A DNA stretch of 64,000 nt from Azolla caroliniana (lineage: Eukaryota > Plantae > Polypodiophyta). Of this stretch, positions 1-17,600 are shown in pieces; within the stretch, counting starts at the first letter, position 1; every line of letters starts with the position of its first letter. A program made the translations under genes and the position numbers. The stretch lies in assembly GCA_043228905.1 (NCBI GenBank), contig JBHGNT010000001.1, positions 7,068,001 through 7,132,000 on the forward strand. The letters run 5' to 3'. The notes beneath the pieces were generated by a model that was given only the letters and a program-made list of their open reading frames with translations, did no database searches and had not been told where the DNA came from.

Positions 1-117
1 ATTTATGTCATTGGATGTATCATTTTGATCCCATATAACACATTGGCATTGCTAAAAAATGTGAATGTATATCTTTCTTTCCTTGCGACATATGAAGTCC
101 ATTGCTTATTTGTGTAG

Positions 118-3100
118 GATTCTCTTGAAGATCTATTTTATTTGCTTCGAATACCTCAGAGGAAACCATTTGGCACCATGGAAAGTGATGTTAGGAAAGC
201 TTTAAAGGTGAAGTTGCGACTTCTATTTTAGGGTATGCAACTCTTGTATATATAGCTAATTAACTTTGGGATTGGATTATCAACTGTTTTGTATATATAG
301 CCATGATTATTATAGTGCATATCTTGTTGTGGTGGATATTTGAAAATGTTGAATCAAGCTAACATTTCCTCTTTGCCTCCAACTCCAAGGAAACCAACAA
401 ACCAATTTTATATTAAAAAACATTGTTAGTAAATTGTTGCATATTTGACCTTTGCACGCTGATACCCAGCTTATATTGTTATTGTAGTAATACTTTATTC
501 TATCGCCGGAAAACTTCAAGGGGTGGTGAAAATCCACAGAACAATGTTTACTAGGAAATAACCAAGAGGTTGCTATCTGATGTCAGACTGGAAACATTGA
601 AAGAATCAGACACATATTTGATATTGTGTTGAACATAACAAGCAAACATGCAAAAATGAGTGAAAGAAATAAAGCTGATTGTAAGATTCCATACTGTTAA
701 TAAATCTCATATCTGACCCACACAAAAACATTGCCCCAATTGTGGAAGATCTTGTGGTGTAACAAAATAGTCAAGAAAAGCTTTCAGAACTTATAATTTA
801 TCAGCAGGAATTTGTAGGTGTACAATCTAGGAAGCGATCGACTTTGTCCTAAGAAGGTGGCATTTTGTGGACTAGTCTAGAGCAGATGGAATAGAGTTTC
901 ATCTATGATAAGAATGAATGCTATTCACAAAATTACCTTACTCAAAATTTCAAAGGTCGGAGTTCTCTATCTTTGATGCCACACAAAGCTGCTTCTAAAA
1001 TTCAGTGCTAGCATGAGAGGTTTTAAATTGTGTTCTGGATGATGAGGTTTTATGGTGCCAAGCAAAGAGGGAAAATATATTTGAATTTATGGCTTGAAGC
1101 AATCACCTTTCTTTTACTGGTATGAGAAAAGAGGACCTACATACATCTTATGTTGTGGTCAGGGAGCGCTTGTAGTTGAAATGTTTATAAAAGCACCAAT
1201 CATTTTCCAGCTGCCATTTACCTAGTGTAATTCATTATATCACGGACACTTGGCAAGTGAAGCAGATTATATTTGATCGAGACAGAAAAACTTCCGACAC
1301 TCAATAATGCAGTACTGCTTAAAAAGCTACTTACTGACTGAGAATATTTTGTTTGCACTTAGGATGTGGATGTGATCAACTAGCTCTGTATATCTACTAG
1401 ATATTGAAGATATATATGAAATTAACCATCAAACTGTCCTACAGTTAGGCTAGGTTTTCCTAGATTACTGGGATATGCCCTACCATAGAAGTCATTGGCT
1501 CCATTGGCTCCCACTATCTCCAATCAATCCTCCATGGAAGCACTAAGATTAAGAATCAATTTTCGCCATATATCTAAAGCCTTTTAGATGGTTGAAATGA
1601 GATCCATTTGTGAGCTGGTTTTGCTGTCTAGAATCCTCTTTATGGAGTACGCAATTTAACATGTACTGAAACATTTTATCTGGGAAGTGTTACACATCCA
1701 CAAACGATTTTGTACTCTTAAGTGAAGCAATGGTAGATCTCTAATCAAGTCATTCTGTAACATGAATGATGTAGTGCCTTTCTTACATTGTTGAAACTAT
1801 ACGTTAAAATCGTATGGCAGATTGCAACAGAAGAGAAGGATTCAATTTTAGCTGCTGTGCCTGATAATGAGAAAGAGCAGGGTGCAAAATTGTTGGAAGA
1901 CTTAATATCAGCCAAGGTAAACTCTACCTTACTTCCGTGTTGATTGAAAGATTCTATGCTTGTGCTTCAAACACTAATCTTTCTCCATAGAATTTCTCTC
2001 AGAGAATAAGTTTCCTTGATGTTGATTATTGAATGCACGCTGCACTTGTCCTTTGTAGCAATATCTGTATCATAACTTAGATCACTTATTTTTATAACTC
2101 GACAATCCCAAAATTTGAAAAATCATATTGTGCTTTAAATAATGAATGTCAGATCTTGCTTTCTGGTTCAATGGTTCCTTCTTCAACAATCTTCAAACAG
2201 AAGAATTTATGTCTCTGAACATCAAATCATATCACTTAACACTTTGTACAATAATCAATTTTTGAGATGCTAGAGTTGAATAAAGTAACAAGGAAATAGT
2301 GGAAGTGTTGATGTTGCTTTGGTTGTTGTTTCATTAGGGAGGACTTCAAACACTTTTAGGTTCTATTTCTGATAAAGATCCCGATAAAATATCTTTAAGA
2401 TTGGCATCTTCACTTGAATCAATTGCTCAATTGGAGCTTTTGCAGGTAGAATCCATAGCTCATTTAACTCCGATCTTTCAAATTGAGTATGTTTTCTAGT
2501 CTCAATTCTCCTTGAACAGGCACCTGGGTTGCCATATCTAGTTCCAAACGAATATCAACAATTTCCGAGGTGAGATAGCATTCTCTCTTTCTCTGGTTCA
2601 TACAAGCAAAATACATACAGACATCTATATATGTATGTGTTTGCATACCTTATGTTTCTATCCATCTACATGTCTGCATTACATATTGTATAAAAATATA
2701 CATTTATGTATAATATTATATTACCTGAAATAAAGGTAATCTAATGTGTATATTTATGAATTAGGTTAACTGGACGTGCTAAAGTTGAGTTCACTGTAAA
2801 ACGAGGTGATGGCTCTACATTTACAGTTGCATCAGGTGGAGGGCCAAAGGACACTGGCACAATCGAGGTAGTGATCCAAAATGCCCTTTTGCAGCCATTT
2901 CTTTTTTACTCTTGCTTGTGATATAATTTATAATGCTTGTCTGAGTAGAAACAGCTCGTGGTATAAAGGTTCCTATTATGTAATCATGGTAATTTATTAA
3001 TCCCTTTCATTAGTGTTTGAAAACGTTTTCTCATTTTCTACATTTTTGTGCCAATGCTTAGTTAATGTGTTTATATGGCATCAGTTTGAGTCTAGACAAC

Positions 3101-5691
3101 TTCTTGTGCAATAAAAAGTAGCTGATTATAGTATTCTAGTTCTAAAACAGGAGTGCTTGAGGTAAATACAAAATGTAGGCAGTATTAAACAACGAAACCA
3201 TGTCTCTTGAAGGAGATTTTGGAAATATCAAAGAGAAGACCCATCAAGTGTGAGAACTGATCCATTGAGTGATTCTGTTTGTGAAGGTGAAAAACATGTC
3301 ACTTGGACATGACATTCACAAAAGTTGTCACAATTGACCAAAACAGGATCAATTTACCACGGGTTCCCTCTTAGCTCTGCCATGTGCACCCAAAGCCAAT
3401 GAGGGAGGATCACACAAAAAGAGGCCTTGGCTATCCAACCGCCATCAATAACATGTTCTTGCACAACAGAAGCTTTGGACAAAAAGTGAAAAATATTATA
3501 TGTCAGTATTGATTTGATGAAATGGCTAATGTAGACTCATTTGAATTATGAACATTAGCTATACTAGCTGTTCAGAGAGATCATGGTGCTGCATTCATTG
3601 GATCTCTGAACATGATCAGGGGAACATGTATTTCTCTGTTGCTTCTATTTTAACTTTGCGGAATGGAGATGTGTGCATCAATTCGGATATGATATTGACA
3701 CTTGTTGCTCAATATAATGCCCCTCCTTTTCAAGCTCTCTGATGGGCTAGAATGATATTGACACTTGCTTCTCAATATAATGCTCAATATATGATATTGT
3801 TTGTATGGGAGTTGTGCTAACATCTGGTTTTTAATGTCTCAAGGTAGGTGCTAGAGATAGGAACCACTCTCTCTGATGTGAGTGATATAAATATAATGAA
3901 GAGTGTCATTGTGCATAACATCTTGAAAAAGAGAGAGAAGGGAAGAGAGCAATGTTATCCCATGTAATTTATCTTTCAATATTTCTTTAGAGGTAAACTG
4001 ACTCTTTAGACTCTGACAATTTCAAAGCATATGCGAGGTACATTTAATGATAAGTGGCTATTCTTTAATACCAATTTATGAGGTTCTATTTTGGCAGATT
4101 GTTTTAGATGGCTACTCAGCACCACTCACATCTGGAAATTTTGCTAATCTGGTAATATCATAATCTGTTAAGCATGTCTTTGTTAAAAATATTTTCTGAA
4201 GATTGTTCATTTTGCCTGCTAATCCTGTGCTCTTGTCACTTGATGCAGGTTCAAAATGGCACATATAATGGAATGAAATTAAGAGTTACTGAACAAGCTA
4301 TTATATCAGACAATGAACGTAGTGAAACAGGCCAAAGTTTGCCAGTCGAGATCTTGCCAGCTGGTGAATTTCAACCATTGTACAGGACCACATTGAATGT
4401 TCAGGTAAAATGAAGTATAGCAGTAGGATGTCCTTTTAATTAACCAAACCAAATAGGAACTTCTTCTGATTGGAAGTCATAGAAGTATAGCATAAGAAAA
4501 GAAAGTATCATAAAAATAGGGAATAAAAACTAGAAGGACAAAAGAAATGGGAATTCCAGCAAGGGAAAGGAAAGCAAGTAGAGACATTACCATTGTAATC
4601 CCATTTTGTCAGGAATATTTCTGGGAAAGTAGCTAAAATGCAATATTCTAGCGAGTTTCTTTATATGTCATCCGTTTTGCTTTTTGCTTTATTTCAGAGA
4701 AAAATCCTTGTGCTAGTGATGACTAGAAAAACTGCCCAAGGGCTAGATTTCCCCTAAGTCATTTTGACCAAATATCATGACATCTCATGGGATAAAACAG
4801 CTCAATTCTGATATGAAAATGAGTTTCTACCCTAAATCTTGATCTTTTTTGTAATCGTTTGGTTTTATATCCATCTAAATGGCTTTTTCCCTAACTTGAT
4901 AAATTACAAACTGCTTTGAAATTTTCTCCTCCACATTAATATTGTAGACCTATACAGGCCTACCTGTTTGGATAAGGAATGGCATTCCATATTACAGTAG
5001 GTATATAATATCATTGATTCATTCAATCTATAACTAGGATTTGCAATATGTTTTATAGGATGAATGTCTACATTCATGGTTCTTCATAAATTGGTTTATC
5101 TCAGTGTTGATCGCATGTCATATCTCTAAAGAGAACTTTTGCGTGCTTTTGAATGATATTTCAACTTCTGTTTTTTTTGGAATTTTTCAAGGATGGGGAA
5201 CTTCCAGTTCTGCCACTTTCTGTATATGGGGCCGTAGCAATGGCTCATAATCCAACATCAGAAGATTATTCATCTCCATCACAGTTCTTTTTCTATCTAT
5301 ATGACAAGCGCAGTGTATGACCTCCGTTTCTGTCTCTTTAGTGTTGATCCATATGTAAACTAATGCATATATGCTTCATGCTTCAATCGATAGAAAAAGC
5401 TTAAATTTTTTCTTTGAATTGTGTTTTCCAGGCTGGATTGGGTGGTCTGTCATTTGATGAGGGCCAATTCTCTGTTTTTGGGTAAGTGTTGATTGAAGTA
5501 TCTTAGAATAAAATAAACCAGAGTGAAGGGTCCTAATTTGGTGTGGTTAGTCCATATTAACGTCTATTCAATCATCAACTGCTTTCAGGTATGTTACCAA
5601 AGGCAAAGAGCTGCTTTCACAACTCAAGTCTGGCGATATTATTGAGAGCGTAAAACTGGTGTCTGGTGGTGACAAGCTTATAACAAACTGA
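118..5691 (+). CDS. CYP37: Chloroplast thylakoid-lumen cyclophilin CYP37-like, 5'-partial. Exons: 118-207, 1821-1916, 2338-2445, 2520-2569, 2765-2867, 4098-4151, 4249-4404, 5192-5314, 5432-5481, 5589-5691
   Basis: GT-AG-bounded exons splice in frame to DSLEDLFYLLRIPQRKPFGTMESDVRKALK / ...QLELLQ / APGLPYLVP...R / LTGRAKVEFTVKRGDGS / IVLDGYSAPLTSGNF / LPVEILPAGEFQPLYRTTLNVQ / DGELPVLPLSVYGAVAMAH...QFFFYLYDKRS / AGLGGLSFDEGQFSVFG / YVTKG...TGA (5689-5691). These motifs are typical of plant CYP37. The start and transit peptide lie upstream of the window. Confidence 0.92.
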
Positions 5692-6539
5692 AACTTCCAT
5701 GCATTATCTATCATGATTGTCCTTATCTATCTTGTATGTGAGGATTCCATGCATTATGGACCTTGTTGTATCACATAACTTTTCTGTCTTTGTCCATCAT
5801 TCAAATGGCATTACTTATAATTATTTCCTGTACATGAAATGAAGGTTGTGAAAACATCGGAAGCATAACATTTTGCAGATTCAAAGATGGCTGGCTAAAA
5901 CAGGGTCTTAATTCTAATTGAGATACAAAACCTTGTATTACTAACTTTTTCTCTGCCATTATCCATAATTTAAATAGCATGAATTCAAGGTTGCAAAATA
6001 TTGTAAGTTCACATCTTGCAAATTCAAGAATGACTCAAAAACAGTTAGTTGAGCAAAACTACTATGAGTACGTCACCATGTTTCTTGGTAAATTTAGTTC
6101 CTTCAAAATTCGCAGACAGCCTTGAGTATGTTATGTAAAGAGGAGCATTGATTGCTATTGATCTCATTTAGTTTGATCAATTACAAAAATTAGAGTTTTA
6201 AGTATTTGCATTCAAATAAATGTTGGAGAAAACATTATTTCTGTGCTTTCCAAGAAGCCCACAAAAGCTTGGAAAAATGCTTTGTTCTGTTTCTCGTAGA
6301 GCAAAGTAACTATCTTAATGTGAGCTTGACATTTTGAACTCGTTTAGTTCTTTTCTCTTTCTTGTGGTTCAAGCTTCAAATTGTTAATACTAGTACACCC
6401 ATAAAAAGCCCTCTGCTATTATGATCTTGCTTTATCTTTGAGTTTTAGTGTGGTCCATATACATGATGTTTCCCATAACCTTTCCATGTGCGGTGAATTT
6501 AGATGACACACTTTTTAAGGTGTCTATTAATATTGAAGT

Positions 6540-6703
6540 GATGACCTACATAAAGTATACTTAAACAAATAAAAACACTTGAAGGGGATAATCATGATAC
6601 AAAAATGATGATGACCTACATAAAGTATACATACACAAATAAAAACACTTGAAGTTCCTAACCATAATACAAAAATGATGATGATGTACATAAAGCATAC
6701 TTG
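6540..6703. repeat. Tandem repeat, ~70-bp unit, ~2.3 copies
   Basis: GATGACCTACATAAAGTATAC...CAAATAAAAACACTTGAAG...ATACAAAAATGAT occurs twice, followed by a partial third copy. Confidence 0.85.
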
Positions 6704-7689
6704 ATACTTCACACAGTTTTACTTAGGAGAAAGGATATGTCACACTTTTTAGCATGTTTTCCTTTTGTTTCCTCATCATCTTGAGCATGTCATTTGGCAA
6801 TATGTAATGTCCATATTTGAACATTCCCATGATCTTATCCGTGTGTTTGGTTATTTGACCACATCAAAATCATGAAAGACAGCACTCTTTTAGTGATGGA
6901 ATGGGACTTTCCAAGTCTATAATATATAAAATTTGAAAATGTATAGATCACTTGCATGAAATTTGTTGGGATGCTACCACCTTTCACATGTAAGTCCATG
7001 TTGAAATGGAATAGGCAACACATTATGATGGTATTGGAAGAAATATTGCAAGAATTCTAAGACAAGTAAAATACAAGTACATTTCCTTGACAGGTTTAAT
7101 AAAACTAATACGAGATATGCCAATAGCAGCAAGTAAATATATTGTTGGGACACCCAAAAATTTGTGGTTTAAATCTCACGACTAGCTTCTTGGTACTCAA
7201 AACTGAAGGTCATCATTTTTTACTCTTTTTTTTGTCAATAATGACTGGATTTTGTACTTTTCTTATTATATAAAAGAGAAAATAGAACATTACGTTATGG
7301 TTTGACATGCAAACTCATGACATATTTTTGAATATTGATGAAGATTAAGAAACCCTCCATACAATTAATATCACATTAGTGACAAGTGCTTCCTTGAAAG
7401 GGTTTCTAATTTGTGAGCAAAACATATGTACATCTTAGCTTAGTCCGTGTACAAGATTTTACCTCATAAAACCAACTCAGAACATGTTGGTATAACAGTT
7501 AATATTGATGTTACAAAAAACAAGCACTTGAGAGCTGCTTACAACAAAGACTTCACTTTCTGAATGATAGCACAATGGCTGAGTTTTTACTTTACTCTTT
7601 AGTGTGTCATCAAGTATAGAGGGAGGCTGAGCATTTGCAAAATATACCAATCTATCTAGAATGATTTTACATGGGTCAAATATACCATA

Positions 7690-11121
<3,432 letters not shown>

Positions 11122-12439
11122 GCTTGATATCTTTTATCTTGAACAATTCTCGTGAGATCAGATATGAAAAATCCTTACTTATTTTTGACCCTTCAGGTAT
11201 TTGTGGGTATTTATTTGCCCAATTGATAGCATCACCATACCCACAAAAAACATCAATCTTCCTATCCTGGATTTCTCTTATTTTGATCAATTGGGGCATG
11301 TGATTTGGTGATACCCAAGATGAGATATCAAATATCCATATTTAAATTCTTTTCTTCAATATATTTGTTCAATTGATGATATCATCATATTTAAAAAAGG
11401 CTTTTTTCCTAAGCCCGATTGCTCTTGCTTTGATAAACTGTTTGGTGATACCCACAGATGAGACGTTAAACATTCCTATCTTGGTTATTTCCTTGAATGT
11501 GGGTCCCTATTTCTCTTACTTTTATCAATTGTGGCATACAGTTGTATACAAAGATATAAAGGATATCAATGATCCATATCTTATTTCTTTTCTTCCATGT
11601 AGGTGACGATATGTATTTGTGTGTAAGTATATATTTGATCAATTGATGGCATTACCATCAATTGTATGTAACGATACAGTTGTATATTATTCCATCATCT
11701 ATGAATTAATTATACGAGGGATAATACCTGAAAAATCTTTCAGAAGACCTTTTGGTTCTCAATATGATCTATGTGTGACCTTTTATTGATTCAGGATAGT
11801 TATCTGCGATGATTATGATTGATAGTTGATAATGGATTATTTGCAATTGATAATTGATGATGATGATCGGGTTTCTTCCTTTGCCCTAATATCTCAAGTT
11901 GGGCAGGGCAGCAAAAGAATGGAACCTCAGAGCTTGAAAGAGAGAAAACAGAGCACCACAAAAAGCGGAAAACAAAAAAAGAAGAAGAGAAAAGTGCTGA
12001 GGTGATAAGCAAGATTACGGTGATGATAATAATTCTACGACTTGGGGTTCTTTTCTGCTACATCGATGCCTCAAATGGGTAGCAAGAAAAAGAGATGCTC
12101 AGAGCTTGAAACAGAGGAAACAGAGCATCAAAGGATTACAATGGGGGCACCTAAGGAGCAAAATAAAAATGAAAAAAGGAAACAAAAGCAGAGATTCAGC
12201 AGTCAGATAGGCAACAAGAGGATGAGTGAGTGCCCCCAATTCAGATCTTGGTGCAGAGAAAGCATGAAAAACATGAATGGATTAATATGGGCACCCACAA
12301 GAAGGAGGAGGAGGAGGAGGCCAGAAAAACAAATTATGAAGGGCACTCAAATTGGGAAGCAAGAAAGAGGAAGGAAGCTTAAAAACAGAACAAGCAATAA
12401 CAAACATCAGGTGAGTAGTGAAAGAAAGAAACAGAAGGA

Positions 12440-12827
12440 GAAGAAGAAGAAGAAGAAGAAGGAAGGAAGGAAGGAATGAATGAAGAATAGTTTAACTAGC
12501 TTGATGGAGGAGGAGGAGGAGGAGGAGGATGATGATGATGGTGATAATGATGTGGGTTCAAATCCTTCTTCCTCCATCATTCTTCAAAGGCGAACATGTA
12601 GATAGATGTACACACATACATACATACATACATACACACATACATATATACATATACACATACATACATACATACACATACATGCATGCATACATAGTGG
12701 AGTGGGGGTGGGGGTGTAATGTGTGTGTACAACACACACACACACATTATATCAATTCTTTTAGTGAAAAAGAAAAACTAAGTTTTCTCAACTTATTCCA
12801 TTCATTTCCTTTAGATGGTTTGGTGGG

Positions 12828-12860
<33 letters not shown>
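12440..12860. repeat. Microsatellite cluster upstream of the MAPK: (GAA)n, (GGA)n, (GAT)n, (TACA)n, (CA)n
   Basis: Simple repeats directly visible. They explain the low-complexity ORFs in the track here. Confidence 0.9.
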
Positions 12861-14034
12861 TGACATGGACCTACCATTATAAAAGCTCTCCCCATCTCTT
12901 CTTCTTCTTCTTCTTCTTCTTTTTTCACCTACAACCAACCTCCTTGTGTTATTGCTCTCTAAAGATCTTTTTCGAAAGAAAGCAATCCCAACTTATCGAC
13001 CACCATATTTGAGGCATTCTCATTATTGAGTCTCTCTCCTTCCCCCCCCCCCCCCCTCTCTCTTTCTTTGTGTCTCTCCCCGCCCCTTATTAATACCTTT
13101 CATTGCGAAAGGAAAAAGACCACCATAACTATCTTACGATGGAATTTGGCCCACACCACCAAGACTAACTTACAACGAACTTTGGATTTGTGTGGGATCC
13201 AAACCACAAGAACCCACTCCCAACGGACACACTGACAAGTTCAGATGATGACAAACATGATGACCTGCCACCTTTTTATAAGTGTCGCTCTTCATGTCAT
13301 GGATTCCTCGACTTCTGAAACAATGAAAATTGTCGCATAAGGAATCCTTGCAACATATTTCTTCACCCCAACTTGTGAATCAAAAGTAAAGGGATTGAAG
13401 CATAGGGTTAAATACCTAAAGTACTCCAAAATAACTTGGAAGTGGGGCAATACTCCGCTCAACTCAAACGAACACAAAATCCCAATTGGTGGGAGATATT
13501 TAAACTCTAGTCAAAGGCATCCACGCTACATTGATTATCATCCAAACCATTCTTGCCATTAGACAAGAAACAAATCCAAGCCTAGTATTCTTTACTTCAT
13601 CCTACCAAAAGAAACACGTTCCCTTGGCAATTCTTGTTTGGCTCAAGGTAGCTCCCAAAGGCAAGGCCGTAATTGTAATTCTCTTAATGAATACCTTAGC
13701 TCTCTATGTTAATTGAGATTGCCAACCCAATTGATCTCACGATGCCATCAGGATATACTTTTGGGATCCCCATACTTTTATAACTCTTTTTTCCATTCAC
13801 TTATGCCTCCCATTATCTTATGTTAAACATCATTTATAGATGTTTTGGCAAGTCTCCAATTTCCTCACAAATGTCTAATCGAGCTCTTGTGTTCCTTCAT
13901 CCACATCTCCAATTGGACATTGCAATACTAAGAAACCTTCAAACTTATTTCAAATATGCATATACTCTCTTGGAATACCAAATGTCAACTTGGTATTGCC
14001 ACAATTAGGCAACAACCTATGATTCATTGGAATC

Positions 14035-14074
<40 letters not shown>

Positions 14075-14174
14075 CAATACTTAATTGATCTATGATTTGT
14101 CAAAATTTGAACTATGATCCTCTTGTCCTTGTCCTTGTCCTTAACTTTGATGTCTTTGTGTGTGTATATATTGT

Positions 14175-14610
14175 CTTATATTGGGGGATGTACACGCAAA
14201 TGGTACCCAATATTCTAATCAACTCATGTTGTTGACTTTCAAATCTCAATAATTATATTAATCACCAACGGACATTGCAGAATTTTGGCGTCAAACACAT
14301 AAGCTCCTTGTCACAATATATGTTATATCGAGATGTATATGTCATTGGTGAGCGAATATTCTTACCAATCTACTTTGTTGAGGTTCAAAACTCATTAATT
14401 TCATTAATAACAATGCGGGACACCAAAATGTTGGATCAAATGCATGATCTTCCTATCTTTTATTGCGTTTGTATGTTATTTGTTATATTGGGAATGTACA
14501 TACTCTTCTTGGTTAGCCAATATTCTTATCAACCAATGTTGTTGAGGGCCATATCTCATTAATTGCATTAATCACCATGTAGCATTGGAAAATGTTGGGG
14601 TGGAACGTGA
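14175..14610. repeat. Degenerate tandem array, ~150-bp unit, three copies
   Basis: TGGT...AATATTCT(A/T)A.CAA...TGTTGA...A(T/A)CTCA(A/T)TAATT..ATTAAT.AC.A recurs at about 14200, 14347 and 14510. Confidence 0.7.
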
Positions 14611-17600
14611 GACTTTCCAATCTATGGTGAGAAAGTTGCCATTTCTCAAACAAACTTACCAATTAACTTATCTATGTTTGAGAGAGAAATCTCTCTTTTT
14701 AACGTATATTCATCGACTTAGCTCTTCCATGAAACTAGTTTCTTAATTCCAACAATCATTTTTGCTTGCCTTGAGAGCCCATCTAGAAGGCCACACTTGG
14801 GAATGAGGACACCAACACAATATTTCAACAATATTCCAAGATGTTGATTTGCAACTTCTCATGTGAATATGATTCAGCCTAAAACAAGTATGTGCATGGA
14901 TATATATAATTCACATATGACACTTTGGTCCCATATTACATATGATAATTATAAAAAAGCATTTTCCATCCAATGCACACAATCCAAACAAGCACCAATG
15001 TCTACTATATTGGAAGTGTGGTGTATTGGTGTGAATACATCAAATGTTAAACAATTATCACTCTCAAATTTAAAGCACGTCTTTCAATTATTGTAAAATA
15101 TATAATGTGGAGTGCACGCAAGGCATTTTTGGATCTCAATATGTATATGTTAATTTCTTGTTATTTTGTTCTATACTTGAGGTGTTGGTGGGATGTGCCA
15201 GAAGGCATTAAAGTTTCTTCATTGTCCTAAGCATCGCATTAAAATTTTCTTCTTCAATTTATGTGAACATGTTTTCGAACTTGCAAACTCTTTTATTTGC
15301 CAAGAGTAACTCAATTATGTGGTTGTCAACATAATTCAATAATAGTCTAACAGATGCCACCATAAAACATTTGCACATAAAGGTGATAAAGTTTTGGTAA
15401 GGCCAAGGCTCGTAGTGTTAAGCGCATAGGGCTAATGAAAAGACTTAGAGAGGAAGAAGAAAGGCAAAGAAAGAATTATGCTTAGTAGATAGACCTTACA
15501 ATGCCTTGATCATAGCATAGAGCTACGCTAAAACAATGATGGCGTTCTAGTCGCACAAATTTTGTTTAGGAGGTTCAAATGACATAGATAATATAATGTT
15601 TACGAAGTACTGCCTTGATCCTACTAATATGAGAATTCAAATTTTGACGGATATTAGGATTTGAATATTCAACTTCATGTGAATTTTTATTTTTCTTGGA
15701 CAAATGCGGAAATAAGAAGTTTCCATAAGTAATTTAGTTTTATGCACCTATCAAAGGAACATAGTTAATTTGACCAAAGTTACCATTTTCACTACCATTG
15801 TAGTCACTCAATATCAATGGTCATAATTTCGTCATTGACATTGAGGTGGGTTAGTGGTTTGGCATATTGGGGATCTTGGCATTACCAATAGTAAGTGTTC
15901 TAGAATTGATCTAATTTTCCTAGATTTGGGTTGTTTTTATTTAAGATCAAGCATTGGAATTTTTGGCTTGTGATTTGATTGATATGGGATATCTTCTACT
16001 CAAGAATGTAACGATTAATTTTATCTTTTCCATAAGCTTTATCAAGTTCTTCTTGCAATCTCGAGTTCCAAGCTTAGTTGTTCTCTTATTTGCACAAAGT
16101 CTTGATATGATGTCAGCTTGTACTATAACATCAATACTTTGTACTCGAGTTCCTATAGTCATGTTATTGTAACATTTCCTGTAATTTCTATACATTGTAA
16201 ATTTATGTAAAGCTATCATTATAATTCTCTTACATACTGAAACATCAATTTGTGTCTCAATTGGCATTGGAGGAACAAATTGCGTGATGAAATTGAAAAT
16301 TTGCATCTCCTTATGACATTACAATATGAAGGTTTTAAAACTTACCAATTCACGTGAATATGTAGGTGCCCACTATATCACATTGAAGTACATGAGGAAA
16401 TAACGGTGTAAATATGGCTTTACAAATATAACAACTATGTGCAAATTGCACACACAGAGTCCCCTTGATTGTTGATTTCTTTGCTAATACTCCTATCGTG
16501 GGTACCAAGCCCGTGCTCCTCTATGACCGACAAATTGACCACAACGTAAGAATCTATGAAGCACAAGGTATCTTGGTACAAAAAATTGTGAAGCATCAAT
16601 CCATCTCGAAACTTGCAAGGTATTCTCAATGTAGGTTGCGAAACAAACTCCATGTGAGGACACTATACTTTTATTTCACAACCTACATTGTGGTCCCATG
16701 AAATGCGACAATGGAAATTCCTTTGGTTTTTTCCCTTTGTTGCTACGTTATGCAATTCCTCGCCATGCTTTATGCTTCATGTTATTTTCTTCACCTACAT
16801 TGTGGTTCACGATATGCTATCATGCTTTCTAATACCTCAAACTAGAACTCACTTGTCTTTTCTTTACACAATCACACGTAAACTTTCTATTGGCCATATT
16901 TGCTAACTTAAGGTGGATGTATAAAGTAGTAAACATCATTTGAGGAGTAAATATGGAAAAGGTAACTTTCTTTAGACCCCATTGTAAATTTGGAAAATGT
17001 GAGACTTATTTTCCTGGCAATTTTGCAACATATATATTATGCATTATTGAATCGTTTTAGTAACACGAGGAGTTTCCTAGTGGTTTATGGTACTCATGAT
17101 TGTGCTAGTTATTGAAACACATGTATACGTTGTGTCCTCTATAAATCCACAAAGGACTTTGTATTGCCATTTGTTTAGAAATGTTGAATATCCATCTCTT
17201 ACCTATATAGTCAACATGTAGAAAACTCATTTATACTACTCCAGTTTAGATCCTAAAAGTGAATAATCCATTCTTCTCAATATATATAGAGCGGATACAA
17301 ACTTTGAGGATGTTTCCTATTATTCAACGTACCATTAACAAGGATATATTTAACCCCTTCACTAGTCTATATATTGTTATGAGGATGCAATTATAGAGTG
17401 GCCATAAGTTTGTATTGTTTATTGGTTTCTATCCAACATTATTCAGGTGAGAACCACACTAGTCTTGCTATAAGATCATGCGTAAATGTGAATGAAGAGG
17501 ATAGGGAACACTATACCTTTAGAGCTATGGCATAAGGGGATGGTTCTATATGGGTGGTGGTCCGGTGGAGAGGGGAGTTTATAACATGTATTAGGGTAGT

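Noticed and set aside
12042-13235. ORFs of 60-145 aa upstream of the MAPK
   Set aside because: They are translations of microsatellites and purine-rich low-complexity sequence.
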